A stretch of DNA of 64,000 bases, from contig JBDRCO010000068.1 of NCBI GenBank assembly GCA_043821645.1, positions 96,001 to 160,000 of the forward strand, read 5' to 3'. Below the pieces are notes generated by a model that saw only the letters and a list, made by a program, of their open reading frames with translations, was not told where the DNA came from and made no database searches. Below are positions 27,342 to 36,582 of this stretch, one piece after another. Both the position numbers and the translations under genes were made by a program. Position 1 is the first letter of the stretch. Every line of letters begins with the position of its first letter. This DNA comes from Pseudomonadota bacterium. Its GTDB lineage: Bacteria > Myxococcota > JACRCW01 > JAFGSX01.

Positions 27342-29099
27342 ATGACCCGCATCGCTCCCCGCCCGACCAGCACCATGACCACGGGACGTGTGGACGGATC
27401 GGATGGCACGAACATCCCCACCGTGACGACGAACGACGCTTCTGCTTCCACCAGCACAGGCCACAACACCGACCTGCCCTCGGACACCAGCGCCGCGCTC
27501 CACACCGTCGGCGCCGAGCGCCACCTGCCGCAGCGCGACGACGCCCGCACCCGCGAGGTGCTCAAGACCTTCTTCGCGCCCTACGACGAGCCCATCAAGC
27601 AGGACCTGGCCATGATCCAGGAGGTGGTCGAGGCCCGGCGCACGGACCCGCGGCAGTTCGCCGACGGCGACAACCCGTACAGCATCAAGTACGCGGTCTA
27701 CAACCTGCGCAGCCCCGAGGTCATCGAGGCGCTCAAGCAGGCGCACCAGTCCGGGGTCGACGTGCAGGTGCTCATCGAGGATGCCCAGCTCGACCCGGCC
27801 AAGGACTTCAACACCGCCGACGAGCAGCTCATCGCCGCCGGCTTCGAGTTCTCGCCCACCCACAAGGGACTGAGCCCGCAGCAGCGCAAGGAACTGGACC
27901 TCATCGGCATCGAGGGCGCGGGCCTGATGCACCTGAAGACCCGCATCTTCAGCCGCCCGGACCCGGCCGGCGGCGTACCCATCGAGAAGGTGCTCACGGG
28001 TTCGTTCAACCCCGGCGACGCCGCGCCTTTTAACAACGAAACCCTGCACCTGATCAGCGACCCGCAGCTGGTCGGCCGCTACAAGGCCAAGGTCCAGGCC
28101 GTGCTCGAGGGTCGCGAGATCGCCAACGAATTCAATGATAACGCCGCGGTCAACGTGCTGTTCACGCCCACCTCGCAGGGCCCGCAGCCCGCGGACAAGA
28201 TCCTCGAGCTCGTCGACAAGGAGCGCGAAGCCATCTTCATGAGCGTGTTCTCGCTGCGCAACATCACCAGCAAGAAGAGCCGCGAGGGCCTGATCGACAA
28301 GCTCAAGAAGGCCAAGGCGCGCGGCGTCGAGGTGGTCATCGTCACCGACCGCAAGCAATCCGACGGTGTCGACGCCAGCGGCAACAAGATCGGCTGGGAC
28401 GACCCCACCGAGGACCTGCTCAAGGCCGCCGGCATCCCGGTGTACGAGTGCACCAACACCGCAGGGCCGTACAACGCCATGCACAACAAGTCGGCCATCT
28501 TCGGCCTGACCGACATGAAGGTCGTCACCGACTGCGGCAACTGGACCACCGCGGCCCTCGGCAGTTCAAAGAAGAAGGCCGTCAACGACGAGAGTTATCT
28601 GTTCATTGATTCTGGCAAGCTCGACGACAACGCCACCGGACGCCGCTACCTGAGCAACTTTCTCAACCTGCTCAGGACCTACGAGTCGCAGCAGACCGAT
28701 GCGCCCGGCGCTCGCGAGCTGGTCAACCGCTTCACGGAGTTGCCTGGCTGGCCCCAGGTCAAGGTGGACTTCGACGTCATGGCCAAGACCTACATGGGCC
28801 AGGATGTTTACATCACGGGTGACCACGAGGCCCTGGGCACCTGGACCGAGAAGGGACCTGGCCTCAAGCTCAACACCTCAGGTGGCACCTACCCGCTGTG
28901 GTCCACCGACACCGGCATCGAGCTGCCCTTTGGCCTGGCGCTCGAGTACAAGGTGGTTAAGCGCAATGCCGACAGCGGCGAGCTGGAATGGGACGGGGGC
29001 AACAACCAGCTGCTGGTCGTGGACTCCGGCGACATTCGTGGTGACGTCGACCAGAAGAGCTCGGCGCAGCGCGTGCACGATTCCTTCCGCGGCCGCTGA
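27342..29099 (+). CDS. Phospholipase D-superfamily protein with C-terminal CBM20
   Basis: Two HxK motifs (MHLK...TGSFN; MHNK...GNWT); CBM20-like GQDVYITG...LGTW...YPLW...EYK; Ser/Thr-rich N-terminus with no signal peptide. Confidence 0.85.
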   Translation: MTRIAPRPTSTMTTGRVDGSDGTNIPTVTTNDASASTSTGHNTDLPSDTSAALHTVGAERHLPQRDDARTREVLKTFFAPYDEPIKQDLAMIQEVVEARRTDPRQFADGDNPYSIKYAVYNLRSPEVIEALKQAHQSGVDVQVLIEDAQLDPAKDFNTADEQLIAAGFEFSPTHKGLSPQQRKELDLIGIEGAGLMHLKTRIFSRPDPAGGVPIEKVLTGSFNPGDAAPFNNETLHLISDPQLVGRYKAKVQAVLEGREIANEFNDNAAVNVLFTPTSQGPQPADKILELVDKEREAIFMSVFSLRNITSKKSREGLIDKLKKAKARGVEVVIVTDRKQSDGVDASGNKIGWDDPTEDLLKAAGIPVYECTNTAGPYNAMHNKSAIFGLTDMKVVTDCGNWTTAALGSSKKKAVNDESYLFIDSGKLDDNATGRRYLSNFLNLLRTYESQQTDAPGARELVNRFTELPGWPQVKVDFDVMAKTYMGQDVYITGDHEALGTWTEKGPGLKLNTSGGTYPLWSTDTGIELPFGLALEYKVVKRNADSGELEWDGGNNQLLVVDSGDIRGDVDQKSSAQRVHDSFRGR

Positions 29100-29112
29100 G
29101 AGCGGCACCAGC

Positions 29113-30831
29113 GTGCGATCGTCCCTCATCTGCGTCGCAAGCCTGTGGATCCTGGTGGCCTGTGATCCTGTCCAGGGACCCGGCGATGCGGGCCTGCCAG
29201 CGCGAGATCGGCAGGGACCTGTCGACGCTGCCCTCGTCGACGCGGCGGTGCTCGATGCCGTCGGGCTGGACCTTCTCGCACGGGATGGCGCCGGGTCGGA
29301 CCGCGTGGCCCGCGATGTTCGTGTCAACGACAGTGCGTCCTTCGATGCGGCGCTGGCGGATGTGCGGCGGGCGGACGCGACCACCGTGGACGTTTCCGCG
29401 CTGGACCGTGCACCGCGCGACAGCGCACTGTCTGACGTCGCAGTGGCTGCGGATCGGGCGGCTGTCGACGGGCAGGGGGCCGATCGCGCGCAGGATGCGG
29501 GTGCGGATTCCGGTGTTCTCGACGCCACGGGCGGCAGCGATGGGGTGGTGGGGCAGGACCTGGTGGTGGCTGCCGATGCCGCGCTGGGCTGGCCCTTCGA
29601 TGCGTCTCTGCCCGCGGCCTGTGCCAGCCTCGACGTCGACACCACGGGCTCGGCCTGGAATGGCTGGGGCAACTACCAGTGGCCCGACCCGCTGCTCGAC
29701 CCCGGCGGCCTCAGCGTCGAGGTGAACGAGACCACGGATTTCGCCTATGGCCAGGTCTATCAGCAGGGCGTCACCGAGGCTGTGGGGCAGGCCTCCGGGT
29801 GGCAGGCCGAGCTCCTGGTGGGCCCCTGGGGTACGCGCCCCGACCAGGATGGACAATGCTGGCAAAGCTGGCCGGGTACCTTTTACGCCGACCGCGGCAA
29901 CAATGACGAGTACCGCGGCGCGCTCAGTCTGGATGCGCCGGGCCTGTACGGTCTGTTCTGGCGCTATCGCCCCGCCGGTGGGCGCTGGCTCTACGGAGAC
30001 CGGGACCCGGGCTCGAGCGACGGTCTGCAGGTCGAGCAGGCCGCTCTGCTCGAGGTTCACGGCGCGAGGGACGGCCGGTTGGTGGTCGCGACCCTCAACC
30101 TGCGTTGCCGGGTGGACAGCTGGGCTGCGCGTCGGCCGCTGGTCGTGGATGCCCTGGCACGCGTGGATGCGGACCTGGTGGCCTTCGAGGAAGACTGCGC
30201 GGAGAGTGGCGGCTTTCCCCAGAGCCAGGAGATCCTCGAACTGCTCGCGCGGCGCAGCGGTCGCGGCTATCAGATCGTGCGCGCGGCCACCCATACCGCT
30301 TCCTACACCGAGGGCGACTTTTCCGAAGGCATCAGCGTGCTCAGCGCTCACGCCGTGATCGCGAGCCACGTCCTCGACTTGCCGCCCACTCCCGTGGTGC
30401 CTCCCGCCAATTTCCCGCGCAAGGCTGTGGCCGTCGATGTGATGGTGGCGGGCCACGGCATCCGCTTCTACGCGACCCACCTGGAGTTCGGTGCCAACAA
30501 CCAGACCACGCGCCAGGGCCAGGCTGCGGCCATCCTGGCGGACCTGCCGGGCAGCGGATCCGTCTTCGTGGGTGGAGACTTCAATGCCACCCCCGACGAG
30601 CCCGCGCTGGTGACCCTGCGTGGCGCCCTGGCGGACCTGTGGCAGCGTGCCAACCCTTCGGATCCGGGCCTGACCATGCCGGCTGCGGTGCCGACCCGAC
30701 GCATCGACTACCTGATGTCCCGCAGTCCGTGCGTGGGCGCCCTGCAAGGCGCACGGCTGCTCGACGAGCACAGCGGCTCGACCTGGCTCAGCGACCACCG
30801 GGGGGTCGCGGCCACCTGCACCTGGCCCTGA
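29113..30831 (+). CDS. Lipoprotein with C-terminal endonuclease/exonuclease/phosphatase (EEP) domain
   Basis: Lipobox LVAC, Asp/Ala-rich linker, ATLNL, GGDFNA, RIDY, SDHRGV. Confidence 0.85.
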   Translation: MRSSLICVASLWILVACDPVQGPGDAGLPARDRQGPVDAALVDAAVLDAVGLDLLARDGAGSDRVARDVRVNDSASFDAALADVRRADATTVDVSALDRAPRDSALSDVAVAADRAAVDGQGADRAQDAGADSGVLDATGGSDGVVGQDLVVAADAALGWPFDASLPAACASLDVDTTGSAWNGWGNYQWPDPLLDPGGLSVEVNETTDFAYGQVYQQGVTEAVGQASGWQAELLVGPWGTRPDQDGQCWQSWPGTFYADRGNNDEYRGALSLDAPGLYGLFWRYRPAGGRWLYGDRDPGSSDGLQVEQAALLEVHGARDGRLVVATLNLRCRVDSWAARRPLVVDALARVDADLVAFEEDCAESGGFPQSQEILELLARRSGRGYQIVRAATHTASYTEGDFSEGISVLSAHAVIASHVLDLPPTPVVPPANFPRKAVAVDVMVAGHGIRFYATHLEFGANNQTTRQGQAAAILADLPGSGSVFVGGDFNATPDEPALVTLRGALADLWQRANPSDPGLTMPAAVPTRRIDYLMSRSPCVGALQGARLLDEHSGSTWLSDHRGVAATCTWP

Positions 30832-30874
30832 GTCTTGCCCAAATACCTGAGGCGGCTGATACATTGAGATCGAG

Positions 30875-31822
30875 ATGACGAACATCCGCAGAACCGGCAA
30901 CAAGGTATCGAGTTCGGGATCCGCGGATCTTCACAACCTGCGTCGTGTCATCGACACCCACAAGCCCAGCACCACCACGGGACCGAACGCCACCTCGTCT
31001 CCGGACAGCTTTGGCAACAAGCCGGCGGCTCTGCCCACCACCAGCCTCGACGCGTCCACCAGCAACGGCAGACCTGGAGGCGTGGTGACGACCCGCGCCG
31101 GTCACCAGGCCACGGGCCGGGACGCCGTGGTCTTCGAGCTGGACGCCCTTCGCGCCAAGCTCGCCCTCGCCATCCAGGCGCTGCCCGATCAGGGCGCGGC
31201 GGCAGGGCAGGCAGCTCTGGACACATCGGCGGCCCGTGTGCTCGAGGCCCTGGATGGCGGCCGCATCAGCATCGACGAGGCGCGCCGGGCAGCGCACATG
31301 CTGTCCGAGATGACAGGCGCCCTGCTGGCCATCGAGCAGGGACACTGCACCGTGACGCCCTTCCTCGTCCCGGACCAGCAGGGCGTGGTCTCCTTTGACG
31401 TGCACACCGCAGACAACGATGTGCTGCGTGTGTCCGCGCGCCTCGAAGGTTCGGCGGCGGGCCAGGCGCGGCTCAAGTTCTACAACGTCATGGATGACGG
31501 GAACCAGGTCAGGCCCGAGGACAAGATGATGATGCGCTTCGACCTCGAGGGCTCGGAGCTGGAGGACGCGCCCCTGCACACGGCCATCGACGTCCAGCTC
31601 GGGCACGAGAAGGGCGAACTCGGTGTCGACAGGCTGAACAAGAAGATCCACGGCATCCTCCTCGACGAGGCCGGCCAGCCCGTGCTCAACCGCCTGGGCA
31701 ACACCGTCCCCGACCACCATTTTGGCAACGTGCCGGACAGTCTGAATGACAGGGCGAGCTTCAAGGCCTTTGTCCAGGTCCTCATTGAACAGCTGCGCAT
31801 CCAGGCCGGGGACCCGTCGTGA
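30875..31822 (+). CDS. Hypothetical protein with low-complexity Ser/Thr N-terminus
   Basis: 315-aa ORF with coding bias; no signal peptide. Confidence 0.8.
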   Translation: MTNIRRTGNKVSSSGSADLHNLRRVIDTHKPSTTTGPNATSSPDSFGNKPAALPTTSLDASTSNGRPGGVVTTRAGHQATGRDAVVFELDALRAKLALAIQALPDQGAAAGQAALDTSAARVLEALDGGRISIDEARRAAHMLSEMTGALLAIEQGHCTVTPFLVPDQQGVVSFDVHTADNDVLRVSARLEGSAAGQARLKFYNVMDDGNQVRPEDKMMMRFDLEGSELEDAPLHTAIDVQLGHEKGELGVDRLNKKIHGILLDEAGQPVLNRLGNTVPDHHFGNVPDSLNDRASFKAFVQVLIEQLRIQAGDPS

Positions 31823-32247
31823 ACTCCCTGCGCGCCGTCGTGCGGGTGAGCCCGGATGGGTCGACCCAGGTCGTGCACGTGCAGGCGGATCCCCTGCTGG
31901 CTCCCATGGCCGCACATCTGGTGCAGCGCGCCCAGCAGCAGGCGAGGGCCGAGCTGATGACCGCGGGCGTGTACCGCCTCGAGATCAGCGGTGACGCGCA
32001 CGCCCCCCGCATCGGAGTGGCACATCTGGCCGGGAGCCGCGATTCGCTGATTGTCGCCGAGCTGGCACCCGGGGAGGATGGGGCTGCGGTCATCCGCGAC
32101 CTCGTGTTCAGCAAGGGGGAGGACGCGCAGGTCAGTGCTGCACAGTTCCTGCAGCTGCTCGGCGAGAGTCTGAGCCGCGAGGCCAGCGCCCTGGATGGCC
32201 GCGGTTCCGCGACCCTCGAGATCGTGGTCGCCGCCGCACCAATTTGA
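31819..32247 (+). CDS. Hypothetical protein translationally coupled to the upstream gene
   Basis: GTGA overlap; 142 aa. Confidence 0.65.
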   Translation: MNSLRAVVRVSPDGSTQVVHVQADPLLAPMAAHLVQRAQQQARAELMTAGVYRLEISGDAHAPRIGVAHLAGSRDSLIVAELAPGEDGAAVIRDLVFSKGEDAQVSAAQFLQLLGESLSREASALDGRGSATLEIVVAAAPI

Positions 32248-32458
32248 CGCTCCAGCCCTCTCCAGTGTGAGCCCGTAGCGTGACCGCCCTCACAATATCC
32301 AAATATTTCTGCGACTTGCGCCAATGATGGCGTCTGGTGGGTAATCGACCTGACCGCGCCAGAGCCGTGTCCAGCATTGTCGAGCGGGGCCAAGCGCGGT
32401 AGAGGACACAGCACGGCCACAATTTTTTCCACCACCGTCCCTGCACGGAGAGGATGTC

Positions 32459-35400
32459 ATGAACATGAAGAACAGGTTGGCGTGTCTGGCTTTGCTGAGC
32501 GTGGGAGTCCTGGGGATAGGCTGCGAGCCCGAACCGCCTTCGGGTGTGGACGCGAGCATTCGCTACGATGCGGCGAGGCGAGACACCTCTGGCACGGACA
32601 GCGTGGCCGCAGACACCACGGGAACAGACACCACCAGTGTGGACACCGCGGTGGATCAGGATGCGGCGGTGGGCCAGGACACCGCAAGTGGCACCGACGC
32701 GACCACGACCAACGACGCCGCCACAGGCCAGGATGCGGGGGCTGGCTCTGACGCTGCCGCCGGCACCGACGGCGCAACCGTCACCGACGCAGCGGGTTGC
32801 ACCCATGGCTGTGCCCAGGTCGGCGCCCTGCGCTGCGATGGCAACGCCGTGACCACTTGCGAGCTGGTCGGCGCCTGCCGCGCGTGGAGCACGCCAGTGG
32901 CCTGCCAGGACGGCTGGTCCTGCTCCAACGGTCAGTGCGAGCAGTCCTGCAGCGACGAGTGCTCGATCGACGGCGCCAAGCGCTGCCTGGATAATGCCAC
33001 GGTGCAGACCTGTGGCCAGTATGACTCCGACTCGTGCAAGGACTGGGGCAACAACCTGGCCTGCACCGGCGGCACCCCTGTGTGCTCGTCGGGTGAGTGC
33101 AAGGCGACCTGCTCCAGCGAGTGCACCCAGGCCGGCGCCCGCCGTTGTTCTGGCAGCGTGGTCGAGGAGTGCGGTGATCCGGATGGCGATACCTGCCTGG
33201 GCTGGAGTGCGCTGGAGACCTGCGTGGCACCGGCGACCTGCTCTGCCGGGGCCTGCACCGACCGCTGCTCCGACGAGTGCAACGCCGTGGGAGCTCGCAA
33301 GTGCGACGGTGACGGCTATGTTGTGTGTGGCAATTCTGATACCAGCGACAGCTGCCTGGAGTACGGCAACACGGTGGCCTGCCCGTCGGGTACCACCTGC
33401 TCCGGAGGCTACTGTCAGCAGACCTGCTTCGACGAGTGCAGCGTGATCGGCGCCCGCGTGTGCCAGGGCACGGGCTACGCGGTCTGTGGTAACTACGATT
33501 CGGACAGCTGTCTCGAACTCGGCACAGTCACCGCATGCGCCCAGGGCACCACGTGCTCCAATGGCTACTGCGCCACGAGCTGCCAGAACGAGTGCCCCAC
33601 CCTCAATGCGAAGCAGTGTTATGGCGACGGCACACGCACCTGCGGTAACCACGACGGCGATCCCTGCCTGGAGTGGAGCGATGTGACGAGCTGCCAGTCC
33701 GGCTACTCGTGCAGCAACGGCACCTGCGTGCCGGGCTGCACGGACGAGTGCACGCAGAGCCAGCGCGACTGCGCGAGCGCGACCAGCTACCGCACCTGCG
33801 GCACCAACTTCGATACCGACGCCTGTTACGACTTCAGCCCGCCGGTGGCCTGTCCGCAGGGCGAGACATGCAACGCCGGCCAGTGCGCCGCCGGCTGCGT
33901 CGACGCATGCCCTGCGGGTACACCCCTCACCTGCTATGACGGCGCCACTACCTTGAGTTGCGTCACTGGAGCCAGCAGTTGCCTGGAGTGGGCCGTCAAC
34001 ACCTGCAACACCGGCTCGTCCTGCATCGGCGTGGCGTGCGCGGCCTGCACCGCTGATGCGCTCGAGCCCAACGACACCGAGGACGACGCCACGGACATCG
34101 CCACCGTCACCTCGACGCCCTTCCAGCAGAACAACCTCTCGCTGTGCCAGCCCGACATCGACTGGTTCAGGTACACGGCCACGGGCGGCCAGAACATCCT
34201 CATCGAGATCAGCTTCACCCACGCGCTGGGCGATCTGGACCTGAGCGTGTTCAACCCCGACGGCGTGCTTGTGGCGCTGGGCTGGAGCTTCACCGACAAC
34301 GAGCGCGCAGTCGTCAACAACACCGTCGCCGGGGACTACCTGATCGCGGTGTTCGGCTGGGACAAGAGCCGCCCCTACGGCGACAGCATCAGCAGCTACG
34401 GCCTCAAGCTCTCGACGGTGACCTGCACCGACGAGTGCACCGACGAGGGCGCGCGCTTCTGCACCGAGGCCAACCAGCGCGCCACCTGCGCCAACATTGA
34501 CGGCGACGGCTGCCTCGAAGCTAACGCCGCGGTCCTGGCCTGCCCGACCGGCACCGTCTGCGACCCCGGCAGTGGAGCCTGCCGGGCGTGCGAGGACGTC
34601 TGCACCCTCAACGACGAGGCCTGTTTCCGCGGTAACGAGTACGACTGCGTCAAGCCTGAGGGCTATCACTGCACCTTCTACAAGAACACGGACTCCTGCG
34701 CGCCCAACCAGGGCTGCTTTGCCGAGACCGGCAACTGCACGGCGTGCACCGCCGACGCCGAGGAGTCCAACAACACCTTCGGCACGGCTACCGTGCTCAG
34801 CGCGTATGGCACGCTCACCAACAAGACCATCTGCGCGGGTGACAAGGACTTCTACCGCGTGACGGTGCAGCCCAACCGCACCCTCGAAGCGGTGGCGACT
34901 TTTGTTCCGCGCTACGACGGTGACGACGGAGCTCTGGCCCTGGCGATCTACAAGCCGGACCAGAGCCTGCACCTGACCACCCTGGGCGGCAGCGACGTGC
35001 CCGTGCGCTTCACCAACACCACGGGCGCGGCCATCAACGCGTGGATCGAGGTGTCAAGTGCGTACCAGGGAGATACCCAACCCATGTCCACCAACACCTA
35101 CACGCTGACCCTGACCGACAGGGGCTGCCAGAACGGCTGCGACCTCGAGGGCGCCCTGAAGTGCTCTGGCACCAACGTGCAGCTCTGCACCGATACCGAC
35201 GGCAATGGCTGCACCGAGTGGCGGGCCGCCCAGACCTGCACCAACCTGTGCCAGGACATCCTGGGCCAACCCTGCGACCAGCTGTCCTGCGCCGGCGACA
35301 ACTGTATCTGGCCCTGCGCGGCTGACGTCTACGACGCAGCGGCTCCCAACGACGACGCGCAGCATGCCACCTTGCTGGCCGTCGGCGGTGGTGCCCAGAA

Positions 35401-36217
35401 CCTGACCCTGTGTCAGGGCGACCTCGACTGGTTCAAGGTGCTGGTGCCGGCCAACCAGTCGCTCAAGGTGGTGGCCGAGGTCACCATAGGCGGCATGGCG
35501 CTGTTCGGCGTGGACGAGGAAGGTAACATCCTGGCACAGCCCAGGACCGTGGGGCTCACCGACAGCATCGTCATGTCCAATCCCACGGCGAGCCAGGTGA
35601 CCATGTACTTTGCTGTGGTGGCGACGGAGGAAGGCGGCGGCACCAGCCAGTACAACATCACCTCCATCGCTACCGGCGCGTGCATCAGTCCGTGCACCTG
35701 GGAGGGCATGTACTACTCGTGCAAGGACGGCAGCGTTCGCTCGCTGTGCGACGAGACTGACGACGGAGATATCTGCTACGAGTGGGACACGCTGTACGAC
35801 AACACATGCGGCGGGGCGACCACCGCGTGCTTGCTGGGTAGCTGCGTCTACCCCTGCACGCCCGATGGCTTCGAGGGCGGCGATGGCAACGACACCTTGG
35901 GGAGCGCCTCCACTCTGTCGAACGGCGCGACCGCCAACCTCACGCTGTGCGGGCTCGACCAGGACTGGTTCGTCATCCCGGCCGTGGCGCTGGGCAGCGT
36001 TGTGACCGTTGCCGCCTCCATCACGACCTCGCTGGACCAGGGCGACCTGGACCTGATCCTGTATGATCCACTCGGCTACCCGGTGGACGCAGCGACGGGC
36101 ACCCTGAGTCCCGAGACCGTGAGCGTCACGGCACGCATGGCAGGCGACTACTACCTGCTGGCGAGGCTCGCTGCCGGCAGCTACGCGGCCTACTCGCTCA
36201 ACCTGACCCGCCAGTAG
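32459..36217 (+). CDS. Large Cys-rich surface lipoprotein with tandem Cys/Asp modules and PPC-like domains
   Basis: Lipobox GIGC; repeated CxDECxxxGAxxC...CGxxDxDxCLEW modules; four units of the type CxxD...N(D/N)...LC...DxD(W/F). Confidence 0.88.
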   Translation: MNMKNRLACLALLSVGVLGIGCEPEPPSGVDASIRYDAARRDTSGTDSVAADTTGTDTTSVDTAVDQDAAVGQDTASGTDATTTNDAATGQDAGAGSDAAAGTDGATVTDAAGCTHGCAQVGALRCDGNAVTTCELVGACRAWSTPVACQDGWSCSNGQCEQSCSDECSIDGAKRCLDNATVQTCGQYDSDSCKDWGNNLACTGGTPVCSSGECKATCSSECTQAGARRCSGSVVEECGDPDGDTCLGWSALETCVAPATCSAGACTDRCSDECNAVGARKCDGDGYVVCGNSDTSDSCLEYGNTVACPSGTTCSGGYCQQTCFDECSVIGARVCQGTGYAVCGNYDSDSCLELGTVTACAQGTTCSNGYCATSCQNECPTLNAKQCYGDGTRTCGNHDGDPCLEWSDVTSCQSGYSCSNGTCVPGCTDECTQSQRDCASATSYRTCGTNFDTDACYDFSPPVACPQGETCNAGQCAAGCVDACPAGTPLTCYDGATTLSCVTGASSCLEWAVNTCNTGSSCIGVACAACTADALEPNDTEDDATDIATVTSTPFQQNNLSLCQPDIDWFRYTATGGQNILIEISFTHALGDLDLSVFNPDGVLVALGWSFTDNERAVVNNTVAGDYLIAVFGWDKSRPYGDSISSYGLKLSTVTCTDECTDEGARFCTEANQRATCANIDGDGCLEANAAVLACPTGTVCDPGSGACRACEDVCTLNDEACFRGNEYDCVKPEGYHCTFYKNTDSCAPNQGCFAETGNCTACTADAEESNNTFGTATVLSAYGTLTNKTICAGDKDFYRVTVQPNRTLEAVATFVPRYDGDDGALALAIYKPDQSLHLTTLGGSDVPVRFTNTTGAAINAWIEVSSAYQGDTQPMSTNTYTLTLTDRGCQNGCDLEGALKCSGTNVQLCTDTDGNGCTEWRAAQTCTNLCQDILGQPCDQLSCAGDNCIWPCAADVYDAAAPNDDAQHATLLAVGGGAQNLTLCQGDLDWFKVLVPANQSLKVVAEVTIGGMALFGVDEEGNILAQPRTVGLTDSIVMSNPTASQVTMYFAVVATEEGGGTSQYNITSIATGACISPCTWEGMYYSCKDGSVRSLCDETDDGDICYEWDTLYDNTCGGATTACLLGSCVYPCTPDGFEGGDGNDTLGSASTLSNGATANLTLCGLDQDWFVIPAVALGSVVTVAASITTSLDQGDLDLILYDPLGYPVDAATGTLSPETVSVTARMAGDYYLLARLAAGSYAAYSLNLTRQ

Positions 36218-36425
36218 CAGCCGGGCTGGGGCGCTGCCCCTCGGAGCACGGGTGGCGCCCGACCTCCTTCTCTCGACCTCTCCCTGTCAGCATCTGATTC
36301 ACATCCTGTCCCTGTCCGGGGCCGACCTCGGGCTCCTGCCTTGCCTCGAAAACGGTTGACAGGTTCGGGCCAAGTCGCTTGTATCTGGTCCTCTCGTCAG
36401 GCGGCGGTCTCGACGAGGATGGTAC

Positions 36426-36500
36426 AGGCGCGTAGTTCAGTGGGAGAACGCTACCTTGACACGGTAGAGGTCGGTGGTTCGAAACCACTCGCGCCTACCA
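36426..36500 (+). tRNA. tRNA-Val (GAC)
   Basis: AGGCGCG/CGCGCCT acceptor stem, CTACC-ttGACac-GGTAG anticodon arm, GTTCGAA T-loop, encoded CCA. Confidence 0.97.
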
Positions 36501-36501
36501 G

Positions 36502-36534
36502 AAACCCGCGGCATGCTGCTGCGGGTTTTTTTTT
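36502..36534 (+). terminator. Rho-independent terminator after the tRNA
   Basis: AAACCCGC...GCGGGTTT stem followed by a T-run. Confidence 0.85.
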
Positions 36535-36582
36535 GGATCGGGGGCTGGCGTGTGCGCACGTCACCTCGCGCCGGGAGGCTTC

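Noticed and set aside
25638-34972. Long antisense or alternative-frame ORFs (e.g. 25638-28484, 32132-34972; also 49496-52264 and 1827-3407)
   Set aside because: Shadow ORFs of high-GC coding genes; no motifs, and they overlap well-supported CDSs
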